From positions 73,541,406 through 73,605,405 of the forward strand of contig NC_068985.1 of NCBI RefSeq assembly GCF_001194135.2: 64,000 nucleotides of DNA, given 5' to 3'. The DNA is from Octopus bimaculoides (lineage: Eukaryota). The first letter of the stretch is position 1. Every line of letters starts with the position of its first letter. The translations under genes and the position numbers were made by a program. Below the pieces are notes generated by a model. The model ran no database searches, was not told the DNA's origin, and saw nothing but the letters and a program-made list of their open reading frames with translations. Positions 38,860-52,251 of this stretch are shown here, one piece after another.

Positions 38860-38945
38860 TTGTCCAAGGAGCCACGCAGTCGGACTGAACCCGAGACCAT
38901 GTGGTTGGGAAGCAAGCTTCTTGTTACACAGCCACCCCTGCGCGT
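38860..38945 (-). mobile_element. tRNA-like head of SINE family B
   Basis: The minus strand reads gcgcaggggtggctgtgtaacaagaagcttgcttcccaaccacatggtctcgggttcagtccgactgcg. Confidence 0.7.
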
Positions 38946-39219
38946 ATTAGTGACATTTGAATTTTTCCTTTTGTGTTTTAAATTGCGTCTAGCCACCTTC
39001 GTAATTTTATAATTTTCCCATTACAATTTGTCTGAATCATCCAATGACTCATGGTAAATACTGACAGATATAAATATCATAAAATATTACCAGCTGCATC
39101 AACCGCCCATGAGAGATATAACTTCACTAAGATCAAAGAAACAATATCATTCCTTCCACAACTACATGAATACTATCATTAGTAGTAAAAAAAGTGCCGG
39201 AGAAAGTGGGCCATTGAGT

Positions 39220-41030
39220 AAATAAATACCTATCCTAAAGTAAGCTTTTCATTTGCCAAAAAGCACAAGGTTGTTCTCTCATCTGTTGGACCACTGGCAG
39301 ATGAAGACAACACATTGCATAGTAATGCAAATGACATGATCGAGATTCTACAGAAGGAATACTGCTCCATTTTCAGCTATTCCAAAATGGCCAGTCCTGA
39401 CAACATCGGTGAAACAAATCCCCTGCACATTTGGCGCGCCCGGATATCGCAGTAGCAATAAACAAAATTACAATCAATTCAGCTTCAGCCCCGAGAGATT
39501 CGCCTCTAGAATCCTGAAGGATTACCGGCATCAGCTGACATTCACTTTAGCTATTCCGTTGTGGAAAGCACTGGACGCTAGCTTTATACTCGATATTTTC
39601 CTATCTCAGTCGATTGTCCCCAAAGAGAGCAACACATCGCTTGCAGTGAATTATCGATTAATCTTAAGTAAGATCAAATTATTTGTGAGAGTGGTGAGAG
39701 CTCGAGTAACAAACGTCATGGAAAGTAAAACGTACTTAGTCCGAGCTAGTATGGTTTCCGCAACGACAAGGACTGCCTAACGCAATTCACACATCAACTT
39801 GATGATATCTTAAAGGTTCTTGGAGACAAAACTAATGAGGGTTTAATCTATTTTGACTTCAGAAAGGCATCCAACAAGGTTGACTACAGCATCCTATCCA
39901 AGAAGCTAACCAAAACTGTAGTTTCAGGGAGGCTATTAAAGTGTATTAAATGTTTTCTGGTGAACAGAAGCCAACATGTGGTGATAGATGGTGTTTGATG
40001 AAGCTCGGTAAGAGTCATCAGTGGCATACCACAAGGCACTCTATTGAGCCCACTTCTTTCTATTACATCAATGGCATTCAGGTGTCATCATATACAACGG
40101 AATTATAATTTTCGCAGATCACTCTAAGCAGGAAACTAGATTAATCATCAATCCTTATCCGGTGGGAGGAAAAGGAAACATGCAGCTAAATGAAAATAAA
40201 TTTGAATTAATCCACTTCTGTAAAGAGGCTGCAATTACGCTACCATCACTCTTCCTTCTGGTGAAAACCTCCTGGCATTAAACATCGCTACTGACGTCGG
40301 AGTAACCGTCGACAACAACGTAAGGTGTAGTGTCCACGAAAACAACTAATTCAACATAGCTAGCAGGGCGTGCTCCTGGAACCTTAGGATATTTCGGTCG
40401 AGAGACGCTCCTAACATTAACCTTCTCTTCCTCATCTTTGCCCGTCCTCACATTGAATATTTTTATCCGCTGTGGTCTCCCAACACGAAACAAAATTTTA
40501 AAAAAGTGCAGCACCCTAGTAACCAACCATAAAAAATAATCATGACTCATCTTGATTACTGCGATCGTTTCGAGAAACTCACGCTTTATTCCATCCAACA
40601 CCGCCTCGAACGCTATAAAATTTGTATTAATTGGAAAATATCGACTCCAGTAAAATTACACAAATGATGTTAACATTAACTTTAAAATTCGCCCAAGGCT
40701 TGATCCCCGTGCCATCAGTCATAGCATGACAACAGTAAGACAACAATTTCATCTCAACTGACCCTGCTCACTTTAACATCATGACAAGACACATAAGAGA
40801 TGTAAAGATCTAACATTCAACGTTTTCCAGTACGAATGTCTCTAACAAATTCCAGATGAACCACCTACACCTAGATATAGCTCCGCAAACAATATATCTT
40901 TTTTCTCATGGCTATGGTACCCAAATAACGGCTTTAATATGAGACATCATAAAATGTCTTTTTCAGGTGGTGCGATTAATGTTAGCCCTGGCCTGGACCA
41001 ATTCTGGCCGAAACTTTTCAAAATGAGCTG
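39220..41030 (+). mobile_element. Decayed CR1-type LINE (RT region to 3' end)
   Basis: Frameshifted YGFRNDKDCLTQ, IYFDFRKASNKVDY, FLVNRSQHVVIDG, SGIPQGTLLSPLL, FADHS, DVGVTVDNN and RPHIEY..PLWSP. Confidence 0.85.
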
Positions 41031-42719
41031 AGTACAGCTGATTTCATGTTGATAATATACAATATCTGGCATATTGATATCCCGTCGTATCCTAGTTTGT
41101 CTTGCGACAATGTTCCTTTCATTTTGTACAAGAATACAAGTTACACATAATGAAGCTACTGTTATCCCTAGACATTTCTTGGTATCATTCCTGAAACTAG
41201 ATAGTTTAAAATGGCAACATTTTCAAATTTGTGACATCGTATATTATTACGGACGTTTAGAGAAGAAAATCTCAATCAAAATCAAGATGTAAATAATGAA
41301 AATGGAGTTAAATTGGTCAACGTTAAAATGTTAACATATAAAGATAAAGAAAGACGCTCTTTAATTGACCAAATATTGTTTTATGGTAAACTGCAGATGT
41401 TAAAGGACGTTATGTGGTGGCAAAATAAACAAAACTTCAGTTGCATGAATTTAGATCCTAAGTGCACATCCTATTGAAGTTGATTTCCCTTTAAAATCCC
41501 AAGTTCAAGAAAATATGTGCCAAGTGTGTACTGAATTATTTAAAAATATTGTTCCAAATATGCTTATCTCTTTTCTTTATCGTTTTTTGAGAAACATATT
41601 TTTTTTCATTTCCTTTCTTTTTATAAAACATATCAATATATATAATTAAAAAAAAATAATTTCCTCATGTTCTCCGATGTTTCCGCCACTCCACGGCAAT
41701 TTCCCTCGAGCTTCTATGATGGGTTCCCTTCATAATTTCCAATACCTTAAACTACAATTTGGAAATGCCGCTATATGTTACAACGTCTTGTATTTATTTA
41801 CGCATGATACATATTAAAATTACCATTTTCTGCGCAGTTACAACCTATTCAATTTTTTCGCCGATAGAGCTCAATACACAAACTTAAAATAATAAACATA
41901 AACATAAACATACACAATCAAACACACACAAATACACACACACACACACACACACATATATATGTAGGGTGGCAAGTGAACCAGCAAATAGAGTGTATAT
42001 ATACTCAAAGGTGGATGGTGGTTTTTGTTGAACATATTACGAATAAGATCTTTTAAGAAATGTTGCAAATATTTCAATGATGACTCAGCTGCAGTGGTTC
42101 CCTAACAACAAGATATTCAGACAATAACCCCTAATTCTGAAAATGTGGTCTCACCTGCAGTATGTCGACCTTAACTCGGAGTCCTTTATCACAAACCTCT
42201 GACCACCATCATTGCGAAGCAGCCTGTATGTATAGGGAAATGTGCACTGTAACAGTATGATGTTTGACAACGTGGAGGTGGATCGCCAACACAGACTGCT
42301 GCGATCCTTTCCAAAAGCTCACATGATTTGGTATGGATTCAATCGATCACATAATGCACTGATGAGTAATATTCTGATGAATAGTAACATCCTCTCTGTT
42401 ACATTCCGTGATATATTCACTGTATTGTCAGTATATAAAAAATCTAGCTAGAACCAATCATGAACGTTTCATGGTGACACCATGTCTTCAAATACAATAT
42501 TTTTCAGGATGCAAATCTTCCCATCCACAGCAATTGCGCTGTGGATGTTACACGTGATGCATGTGGAGAAAGCTAAATCTTCAAGAGTATATTTACAAGC
42601 GAATTAGAAACCGTGGCATAGAAAACCGGAAGTGTGTCACCAAACAGCATCATCTCAGTGAAGAGAGTGACTTGAGATAGCATGCGAGAATACAACTGAT
42701 CGTAAACAATGGCATAAAG

Positions 42720-42950
42720 CAGTGGTTCTCAATCGGTGTCCATATGACGATTGTGGGTCCATATTAGTTTTTTTTTTGTTAAAACCTCTCTGCTATAAAT
42801 TGGTTATACTTTTACAATAAACTGAATATTTGAAGTATGTTCTATACAATTCCTTATGATATTTAGTTTAACAGGAATTTTTAAACATGACTATAAGCTT
42901 CCACCCGAGCAAAATAGGAATTAAAGGTAAAATATGGTTTAGAAACACTG
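42720..42950. mobile_element. hAT-type MITE, 231 bp
   Basis: Termini cagtggttctca / ttagaaacactg form an imperfect inverted repeat. The 8-bp flanks gcataaag and gcttaaag match at 7 of 8 positions. Confidence 0.75.
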
Positions 42951-43250
42951 GCTTAAAGCCTCAAAAAAAAAAAAAAGAAGTAAATGTTACTGAGATAATG
43001 TAGAAAAAACACCAAGAAGATAACAGAAAACGAACTTTAGGCAATATATACAAGTAAATCAACTATATTCCACAATAATTGCAGTTAGAGCTGTGTGAAC
43101 ACAGTCGGTCAACGATATTACAGAAGAGAAATGTCACAATTGTCGAAGTTCTTTCGTTTGTTAAAAAAAAATTCTCTTGGCTCACTACCAAGTCTATTAC
43201 CATCCAAGAAGGATGCAGAGTCGGCTATAGTCATTAAACTATAATTCAAT

Positions 43251-43625
43251 ATTGGTTTCAAATTTCGGAACAAAGCCAGTAATTTCGTGGTAGGAGTAAG
43301 TTCACTGCAGTGTTCAATTGGTACTTATTTTATCGACCTCAAAACGATGAAAGGCAAAGTTAACATCGGAGGAATTTGAACTAAGAAAGTGAAGACGGAT
43401 GGAATTCTACTAACATTTTTGCCCGGTATTACACAATGTCAATATTATAAATTGATTTCAGGCGTCAAACTCGCAGGGTCGTTACCGAACTAGACAAAAT
43501 TCTTTTAGGCATTTCGCCTGTATTTATGTTCTGAGTTCAAATTCCACCGTAGTTGAATTTGGTTTTTCATCCTTTCGGGATCGATCAAATAAAGATCAGT
43601 TGAGTACTGGAGTCTTGTGATTTGA
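43251..43625. mobile_element. Head-to-head pair of SINE family A copies
   Basis: Minus copy about 43251-43428 and plus copy about 43492-43625. Confidence 0.7.
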
Positions 43626-44676
43626 TATAAAAGAGGACATGATATAGAGTATTTCAATCGCGACAACGTTGTCTTCTCAGGAATGTCTACGACTACATTA
43701 TATATTATGTTCGTATATTGTTTCAAAACGATGTGGTAGAATTAAGAAGCGATTTGTTTTCTGATTCTCACAAGCTCGGCCACTAAACAATAAACGTGAA
43801 ATGTTCCCTAAAATCCACATCGATTTCGAAAATAGGTTTTGGAACATGCAAGAAATGTCAATGTATTTCATTAATATTTTTGCATTCCACATTTCAACTC
43901 CCCTGTATCGGGTTCCTTTAAATAGTTTTTGGTAAAAAGTCTTAACCCGGAAGCCGCATATAAATTTAAGCACATCTAGAATTTAGACAATTCTTACAGG
44001 AATATGAAAAAGGTGGAGAGCGAAATTCTCACACTACATACAACGCTCACACACACACACACACACGCATTTATGCAAATATACATATGTGTCCACAAAA
44101 AATAGATAGTGAGGAAAAGATAGAAAGTGAGAATGAGAGTCCATTAAACCTATATCGAAAGAGTGATAGAATATCGCTGCAAAAACAAAGTAAAATACTG
44201 ATTGCTGCAGACTGTGAATTACTAGATGATAGTGTGAAACCGATAGGAAATGATGAATACGAAACCAGCAGGAAGTAAACGCATAAAAAAAACTGATCGG
44301 AAATTAAAACACAAAAACAAGTATCAAATTTTCAGTTTGCAATTTTCACTCCACTTTTTATGCAGAGAGACACATAGGCACACTCCATTATCCCGGTGTC
44401 TCTGTCTCTCTTTCTATCTTTCCTTTTCTCTCTCTCTTTCCTTCTCTTTCTTTCTTCCTCTCTCTCTTTTTCTCACTCACTCCTTTAATAATATATTAAC
44501 TGACACTCATTATTTGCCTCCCCGGCTGCATCTCAGTAAACCCTTCTCTTTCACTTGCTGTCTCTTGAGTATATATTTTGATTCTTGTCCTTTTCTCGGG
44601 AAATATCTCTAACACTTTTTTATCTCATATCTTTCTTACACGTTTCTGTCTAACTTTATACATACACGCGCGCACA

Positions 44677-44730
<54 letters not shown>

Positions 44731-45203
44731 NNNNNNNNNNNNNNNNNNNNNNNNNNNNNNNNNNNNNNNNNNNNNNNNNNNNNNNNNNNNNNNNNNNNNN
44801 NNNNNNNNNNNNNNNNNNNNNNNNNNNNNNNNNNNNNNNNNNNNNNNNNNNNNNNNNNNNNNNNNNNNNNNNNNNNNNNNNNNNNNNNNNNNNNNNNNNN
44901 NNNNNNNNNNNNNNNNNNNNNNNNNNNNNNNNNNNNNNNNNNNNNNNNNNNNNNNNNNNNNNNNNNNNNNNNNNNNNNNNNNNNNNNNNNNNNNNNNNNN
45001 NNNNNNNNNNNNNNNNNNNNNNNNNNNNNNNNNNNNNNNNNNNNNNNNNNNNNNNNNNNNNNNNNNNNNNNNNNNNNNNNNNNNNNNNNNNNNNNNNNNN
45101 NNNNNNNNNNNNNNNNNNNNNNNNNNNNNNNNNNNNNNNNNNNNNNNNNNNNNNNNNNNNNNNNNNNNNNNNNNNNNNNNNNNNNNNNNNNNNNNNNNNN
45201 NNN

Positions 45204-45234
<31 letters not shown>

Positions 45235-46539
45235 TTATTTATTTATTTATGCATGTATGTATGTGTATATGTGTATGTATAAAGCTGTGCATATACTTAT
45301 ACATAGATACGTAGATATTTTCACATACACACACACACACACTTATAAATGATTCCCTTTGTCTGGCTACATTTGTGACCCGTTAATAACATAAGAACAC
45401 ATGAAAATATTTGCACACACAGATTATAGTACCTATTAATATATATGAACACCTATTTATTCGGATGTATTTTAAAATGAAGCCTGAGTTGATTGTGTTT
45501 CCTTTTCAATACATTAAGAAATATTGTCCGTAAATGGTACCAGATACGTTTTCAATAGTCTATACATTCACCATGCTGTCTGTTTCCTGTTCTTACCTAG
45601 CTGCGTCCGAAGATAGATTGTATTCATTGCTTTTCTCAGTACAGCTCTTTGCTCTTGGTCTGTCAGTATTCAACGGAGTAATTATGCTTGTTACTAAGTA
45701 GTGAAATGTGGTTTTCCTCACAGGAAATTAGCTACCTGTTTGCGGTTTCTCTTGTTATGTGCAGGAATCCATAGAGGTGAAAAGAAATGCAGACGTTAGG
45801 AATATTTTTACTAGAAGTTCTTTATATCTTAGCCTATCATCAACCGCTGTTTTACACTGGTCAATATTTATTACACATGCTAATAGCGTTTCTAATAATT
45901 TTGTAATTTATTCAAGACTGTTTATACGGGAAAATATGTAAGCTTTCGCAGAAGAACAATTTCTCAGTGTTTTGTATCAGAATCAAAAGCAAAATAAATA
46001 CTTCTTAAAACTAATAACAATTATAGAATAGATATTTGCCTTCACAGTAATGTAGCATAAATTATATGCTATCAGAAAAATTTCATTTCATAAACTGGAA
46101 TAGAGCATCATTTTAAGAATTCTCGGTAATTAAATTGTGATGTATTGTATATCATTGATTAATAATTAAAGGTACCATGATAGTGCTTGTAAGCAGAAAA
46201 AATCTTATATGTAAAAAAAATCCTAGAAATGATTTCAAATTGATTCAGAAATATTAATGATGAGGTATCGTTCCTTTAAGGGAAGGTACTTGTTGCTCGC
46301 CATATTTTCTCGTTAACATTGAATATTTAAAATATCTACGCTTCTACTCTAGGTTACACAGTATTTAAAAGAGCTGAGGGCAAATTAACGCCTAGAGACC
46401 GATGGTATTGATACGAAATCATTATACAGGTAATTCGATTTAAAAATATGAATCAAACTATTATATATAATTAAAGACACTGGCAGTATTTGACAATCTT
46501 TTCCTATGACAAATAATCATATTTATCATACCTACATCA

Positions 46540-46770
46540 GGTCTTACTAACCTGTAATTGAAGTCACTCCGTCTCAGGACACTCGGTATTTTTACGTGTT
46601 GCACTGCATTACTCAGAGTGACAATTCTGTATGTAAGAAAGTCGACGGAGATTTGCAAGAGATTACTGCTTCTATTTCTATCAAGTCTAATGATTACGTA
46701 ACGTCACCCTTGTTAACGCATTTGTCAGATGCGTGCCACATATTGTAGAAACTGTCATCTTGGATTGTGA
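46540..46770 (+). mobile_element. Possible decayed hAT (Charlie/Buster-like) transposase fragment
   Basis: VIEVTP...YVLHCITQ..VCKKVDGDLQEI...SPLLTHL loosely resembles the hAT HCIIHxExLxxKxL motif region. Confidence 0.3.
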
Positions 46771-47624
46771 AAATGTTTTCACTTGAGAATCTTCTGGAAT
46801 ATTTAATCTCCGCCCAGTACTGTTTTTATGTCTTTTTTAAAGTTGATTATTGATTACTTATTTCTTTAAATGATTTCACTTAGGATGTTCATTGAAAGTA
46901 AAGTATTGCATTGTCAGTTCGAACCCAAAATACGCTGTTTAATTGAATTTTTCTATCATGAAACAAGTTCCCCTTTGGGATCAATAGGTAAAGTGAGAGC
47001 AAATGTCGAGTAAACATATTTGTCCTTTTAATTCATAATGAGGTGTAACATTTTTCTCTTTTTAATGAAATATTTTATTTGTATAATCTACGTGCATCCT
47101 TATTTTGCAATTCCTGATATAACCCAGAGGGCTAATCTATTGTTGTTTTCTTTTATAATTAGAAATAAAGTATTATTCAGTAATTGTTTAAGGGTTAACA
47201 ATTAACAGTTAAGGTTTGGAATTTGTTACAGAATTAACTATAAATACAAGAAGAAATGCGACACGCTATATGAATGATGTTAAAATACTATGTTTCTAAT
47301 TGTTGCTCTGAAATAATAGAAATATGAGGCAATAAATATCAAATGACGAAATCAGCTGTACAAACTTTACTGACTGGAATGCAATGTTGAGATTCCCCAT
47401 CATATGAGCCAACCATGTCTAAGTACTCGCTAGAAATAGCAGATAGATATATCGCAGATTATACCATATTGTCATTGAAAAATACATATTATATAATATT
47501 TTCATGCGTATAATTTAGCAGAGCAAAAGGAATTGTAGAGGACAAATAGTATTTCAACACTGGTTTCCGGACTTAGGGGTGACATGGGACTAAACAACAG
47601 CATTATCAACAACAAAGGTGTCTT

Positions 47625-48288
47625 AATATTGGTTTCAAATTTTGGCACAACACCAGTAGGTTGAGGAGTCGGGTAAGTCGATTACACTGACCCCTCTGCT
47701 TAGCTGGCACTTCCTTATCAACCCTGGAAAGACAAAATACAAATCAACTGCGGTGGAGTCAGATCATAACGACGGAAGAAATGCTTCTAAGCACTTCACC
47801 CGGCGGACTAACGATTTTGCCGGCTCACTCCCGTAAGCAGTCTCAGTATGGGTTTAAAATTTCAAATTTTAGTAAGTGGAGAGGGTAAGTCTATTACATA
47901 GAATCCAGTGCTCAACTGGTACTTTTTATCAACCGCGAAAGGATGAAAGACAAATTCAAACCCTGGAGAATTTGAACTTAAAAGTCGAAGACGGACGAAA
48001 TGTCACTAATCATTTCCAACGGCGCGCTAATGATTCGGCAAGCTCATCGCTTTAAAGGAGTCTAAATGTTATCACTAAATATAAGGTGGGAGCTAGCAGA
48101 ATGGTGCTTAGCTTCATTCGTTCGTCTCTACGTTCTGAGTACAAATTATGCCGAAATCGACTTTGCCTTAAAGCATTTAAGGTCGGGGTAATAAAATGAG
48201 TACCAGTATAGATAGCACTGGGGTCGATGTAATCGACTTCCCTGCTCCCCTGAACTTGCTGCCCTTGTGCCAAAGATTGAAACCAATG
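47625..48288. mobile_element. Three SINE family A copies (-, -, +)
   Basis: Minus about 47625-47835, minus about 47861-48052, plus about 48082-48288. Confidence 0.8.
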
Positions 48289-48360
48289 TTACCCATAATT
48301 GTAAATAAAACATAATTTTATTATTATAAAACTAAGGTTACAATCAATAAAATGGTTTGC

Positions 48361-48393
<33 letters not shown>

Positions 48394-49169
48394 GTTTGGT
48401 AAAATTAGGATCAAGGTAACCAAGAAAGACGCATCAAAATCTATATCACTGCTCTATAATTTAAACAAGAAGGCACTACTAAATTGTCATCACTGTTAAG
48501 TACTTAAAAGCATAAACTTAGAGTAGTCATGCAAATAGCGATATTCTGTTATATCTATGTTATATGCAACAGACAGACGCTAGAAGCATTAAAATTATCT
48601 AAAGAAAAGATAGACATGTTTCTTCTTAAAATCTCTGAAGTGCCCAAAGCAAAGAGATACATAATATTTAAACGGATGTTACCTAATGCGAAAAATGGAA
48701 AATAAACAAAAGGAAATAATGAAATTTAAAAGATATGGCTGAATTTAGGACGAGATTTGATTTTTTTTAAATATCTGCAAAAACATAAGAGCCGAAAGAT
48801 ATATCGTAGTATCTAGCAATTCTCCAGCAAATATTAAAAAAAAAAAAAAACGTCCAAAATGTTGTTTAATTTAGAGTTACGTTGGGGCTAATTATTTGTT
48901 GTATAGAGGCCAACATCATTTGAATTAGTTACTCAAATGACTGAAACAGATGGAAGAATAGATGAATACTGATAGCAACTTAAGTTAACGAACAACGTGT
49001 CCCCACAATGCAAACCCTATGAAACAAAGAAACAAGTACAGATCTTGATATAACCAAAAAGATAGGGCTCGAGTACACAGGGGAGCTAGAATGAAGTTAG
49101 TATTATATGTAATGAAACCAGTGGTGCCTGCCCTTGATATAGAAATAAAGACTACAATAGGATATAAAG

Positions 49170-49750
49170 AGTTTATGACAAAGCAAACAGGTGAACATGT
49201 GGTTCAAGACTGATGAATATCAAGCAGAGATGCTTGTAGACTCCACAGCCCATGTAGACATAGCCTGAAGATTTAGGAAATCTTTGAAGGAGGCTAAATT
49301 CAACATTAAGAGTGTTGAAAAGCCACGGTGCTCCATCAAGTCACCACGATGCAGGACACACCCATTTGAGAATACCACATGCAACAATGATAACTGCATG
49401 TTATATAAGATCAACCCTGGCATTACTTGTAGAACTAGAAATGTAATCTATAGCATAAGGTAATCTATAGCATGGTTGTAAAGACAAGAGCAGGATATAC
49501 ATAGGTGAGACATCGAGAAATATTGTGGAGAGACTAAATGAAAATTTTAGACAACATAGCGACTAAAGACAGTCTTCCATACTCTCGTAACATGCCAAAG
49601 AACAGCATGGAGGGACACTGGGTCAACTGAACATCCGCATTTTATCCAAGCACTCGAAGCAGCTAGCAATCAGACAAATAAAGGAGTACGACCTTGTAAA
49701 TGAAACATTCCCACTACTAAATATAGGTAGAAGGCAGTCATACTCCAATG
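49170..49750 (+). mobile_element. Penelope-like fragment (linker and GIY-YIG), same lineage as 37101-38669
   Basis: TCNNDNCMLYKINPGITCRTRNVIYSI...IYIGETSRNIVERLNE...HAKEQHGG, with stops and frameshifts. Confidence 0.8.
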
Positions 49751-50273
49751 TCCAAAGTTTATATATACACAGGTAGAGTTCTATGTAGGCTGTTATATAA
49801 ACGTGTATATATATANNNNNNNNNNNNNNNNNNNNNNNNNNNNNNNNNNNNNNNNNNNNNNNNNNNNNNNNNNNNNNNNNNNNNNNNNNNNNNNNNNNNN
49901 NNNNNNNNNNNNNNNNNNNNNNNNNNNNNNNNNNNNNNNNNNNNNNNNNNNNNNNNNNNNNNNNNNNNNNNNNNNNNNNNNNNNNNNNNNNNNNNNNNNN
50001 NNNNNNNNNNNNNNNNNNNNNNNNNNNNNNNNNNNNNNNNNNNNNNNNNNNNNNNNNNNNNNNNNNNNNNNNNNNNNNNNNNNNNNNNNNNNNNNNNNNN
50101 NNNNNNNNNNNNNNNNNNNNNNNNNNNNNNNNNNNNNNNNNNNNNNNNNNNNNNNNNNNNNNNNNNNNNNNNNNNNNNNNNNNNNNNNNNNNNNNNNNNN
50201 NNNNNNNNNNNNNNNNNNNNNNNNNTATATATATATATATATATATGTAAAAATATGTGACAATTATTCGTTT

Positions 50274-50343
50274 GCCATGATAAAACTCGGAGTTTCGGAT
50301 GCCGAGGCGGAAACCCACGCTGCCATCTCTTCAGTTATCTGGC
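50274..50343 (-). ncRNA. Type I hammerhead-like motif in a PLE terminal segment
   Basis: gcca-gauaa CUGAAGA GAUG...CAUC c GAAA CUC c GAG U U uuauc-a-uggc: 9-bp stem I with a bulge, 4-bp stem II base, palindromic stem III and a GUU triplet. Confidence 0.6.
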
Positions 50344-50439
50344 CATTGAAAATTCCTATGAAAATGACCGTTAAACAAAGGGAAATTACTGTGTGGTTGA
50401 CCGTTATTAAGACAAAAGTGCTATTAGAATGACCGCTAA

Positions 50440-51420
50440 GTAAGGGCAGGGAGTGAAGGTGAGAGAGTAAAATTCCTACTCGATACGTTGGGCAAAACTT
50501 TTCCTGATGTACACTTCGCAATTCACAAAGATGATGCTCTACCTTTAATCTCTAATGCCAATGGACCAGCACAGGATCGGTTTAGGAAGGATATTATCTA
50601 TATGATGAAAACTTTCGGTCTTAGCATAACAACACATTGATATAACTAAGTCTATCGTTGGACTTCCTATAAGGTTTATAAATATTCTTATTTAGATCGA
50701 AGGACATATCTAGGTAATTGACAACCGTCAGGTTGGTGTCTGTTGTTATGCTAAGACCGAAAGTTTTCATCATATAGATAATATCCTTCCTAAACTGCTA
50801 ATGTTCAAAATATAATCCCACACAACACACAAAAACCACAATATGAAACCAGCTGTTCATGCAGGGATTTAAAATTTGTGCCCGCTAAATGGGGCTTGCA
50901 TGTCCGAGGCCATCATATATAAGGCCATCGTGGACTCTATATCCACTAAGGACACAGTTTCGACGAAGAAATACGTGGGCCTTACAGAGAGTAATTTCAA
51001 GGCCAGATTCAATAATCACACCTTGAGCTTCAGGCACTGGGATAAAAGGAAAACGACCAACTTATCCAGTCATATATGGTCCTTAAATGATAAAGGTGTC
51101 AATTACAATATTCATTGGAAGATCTTAGCCAAGTGTAAGCCTTACACCAACGACAGCGGAAAGTGCGGTGTATGTGATATGGAAAGATGGCTCATCTGGA
51201 AAGGCAGCTTAGACCGCCTCATGTCAAAATTCATGAACTGAACTTTTCGGATCATGTCCACATATGGCTAAATATTTGCTACGTTTTTGATCCCCCCGAG
51301 ATTACTGATAGGACTTGCTTTCTATATTGTGTCTATGTACAAGTTTTTTATCCCTCTATATATTTTATTTAAATTCCTTATATGTTTTTTATATTTTTTT
51401 TTACATATTTATAGAGATAA
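50440..51420 (+). mobile_element. Rearranged Penelope-like element of a second lineage (YRDDG-type RT, CPLxG-type GIY-YIG)
   Basis: IHKDDAL...DRFRKDIIYMMKTFGLSIT; ORF 50876..51241 has CPLNGAC...IIYKA...YVGLTESNFKARFNNH...LSSHIW...CGVCDME. The segment 50635-50795 is inverted. Confidence 0.85.
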
Positions 51421-52251
51421 TGTTTTGTATATTTTTCACACATTTTTTCTGTATCTATCTTCCACCCTGCTTTTTTCCTGTGCATCTACAGACGCGTACA
51501 TGGAATCTTATGTACGCGCTGCTGGATATGTGCGTGTGTGCGGGTACGTTTGTGAGTGTNNNNNNNNNNNNNNNNNNNNNNNNNNNNNNNNNNNNNNNNN
51601 NNNNNNNNNNNNNNNNNNNNNNNNNNNNNNNNNNNNNNNNNNNNNNNNNNNNNNNNNNNNNNNNNNNNNNNNNNNNNNNNNNNNNNNNNNNNNNNNNNNN
51701 NNNNNNNNNNNNNNNNNNNNNNNNNNNNNNNNNNNNNNNNNNNNNNNNNNNNNNNNNNNNNNNNNNNNNNNNNNNNNNNNNNNNNNNNNNNNNNNNNNNN
51801 NNNNNNNNNNNNNNNNNNNNNNNNNNNNNNNNNNNNNNNNNNNNNNNNNNNNNNNNNNNNNNNNNNNNNNNNNNNNNNNNNNNNNNNNNNNNNNNNNNNN
51901 NNNNNNNNNNNNNNNNNNNNNNNNNNNNNNNNNNNNNNNNNNNNNNNNNNNNNNNNNNNNNNNNNNNNNNNNNNNNNNNNNNNNNNNNNNNNNNNNNNNN
52001 NNNNNNNNNNNNNNNNNNNNNNNNNNNNNNNNNNNNNNNNNNNNNNNNNNNNNNNNNNNNNNNNNNNNNNNNNNNNNNNNNNNNNNNNNNNNNNNNNNNN
52101 NNNNNNNNNNNNNNNNNNNNNNNNNNNNNNNNNNNNNNNNNNNNNNNNNNNNNNNNNNNNNNNNNNNNNNNNNNNNNNNNNNNNNNNNNNNNNNNNNNNN
52201 NNNNNNNNNNNNNNNNNNNNNNNNNNNNNNNNNNNNNNNNNNNNNNNNNNN

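Noticed and set aside
45597-46626. Two phase-compatible minus-strand exon-like segments (46552-46626 and 45597-45659)
   Set aside because: The first overlaps a probable hAT relic on the other strand, the second has an equally plausible plus-strand reading, and neither shows homology.
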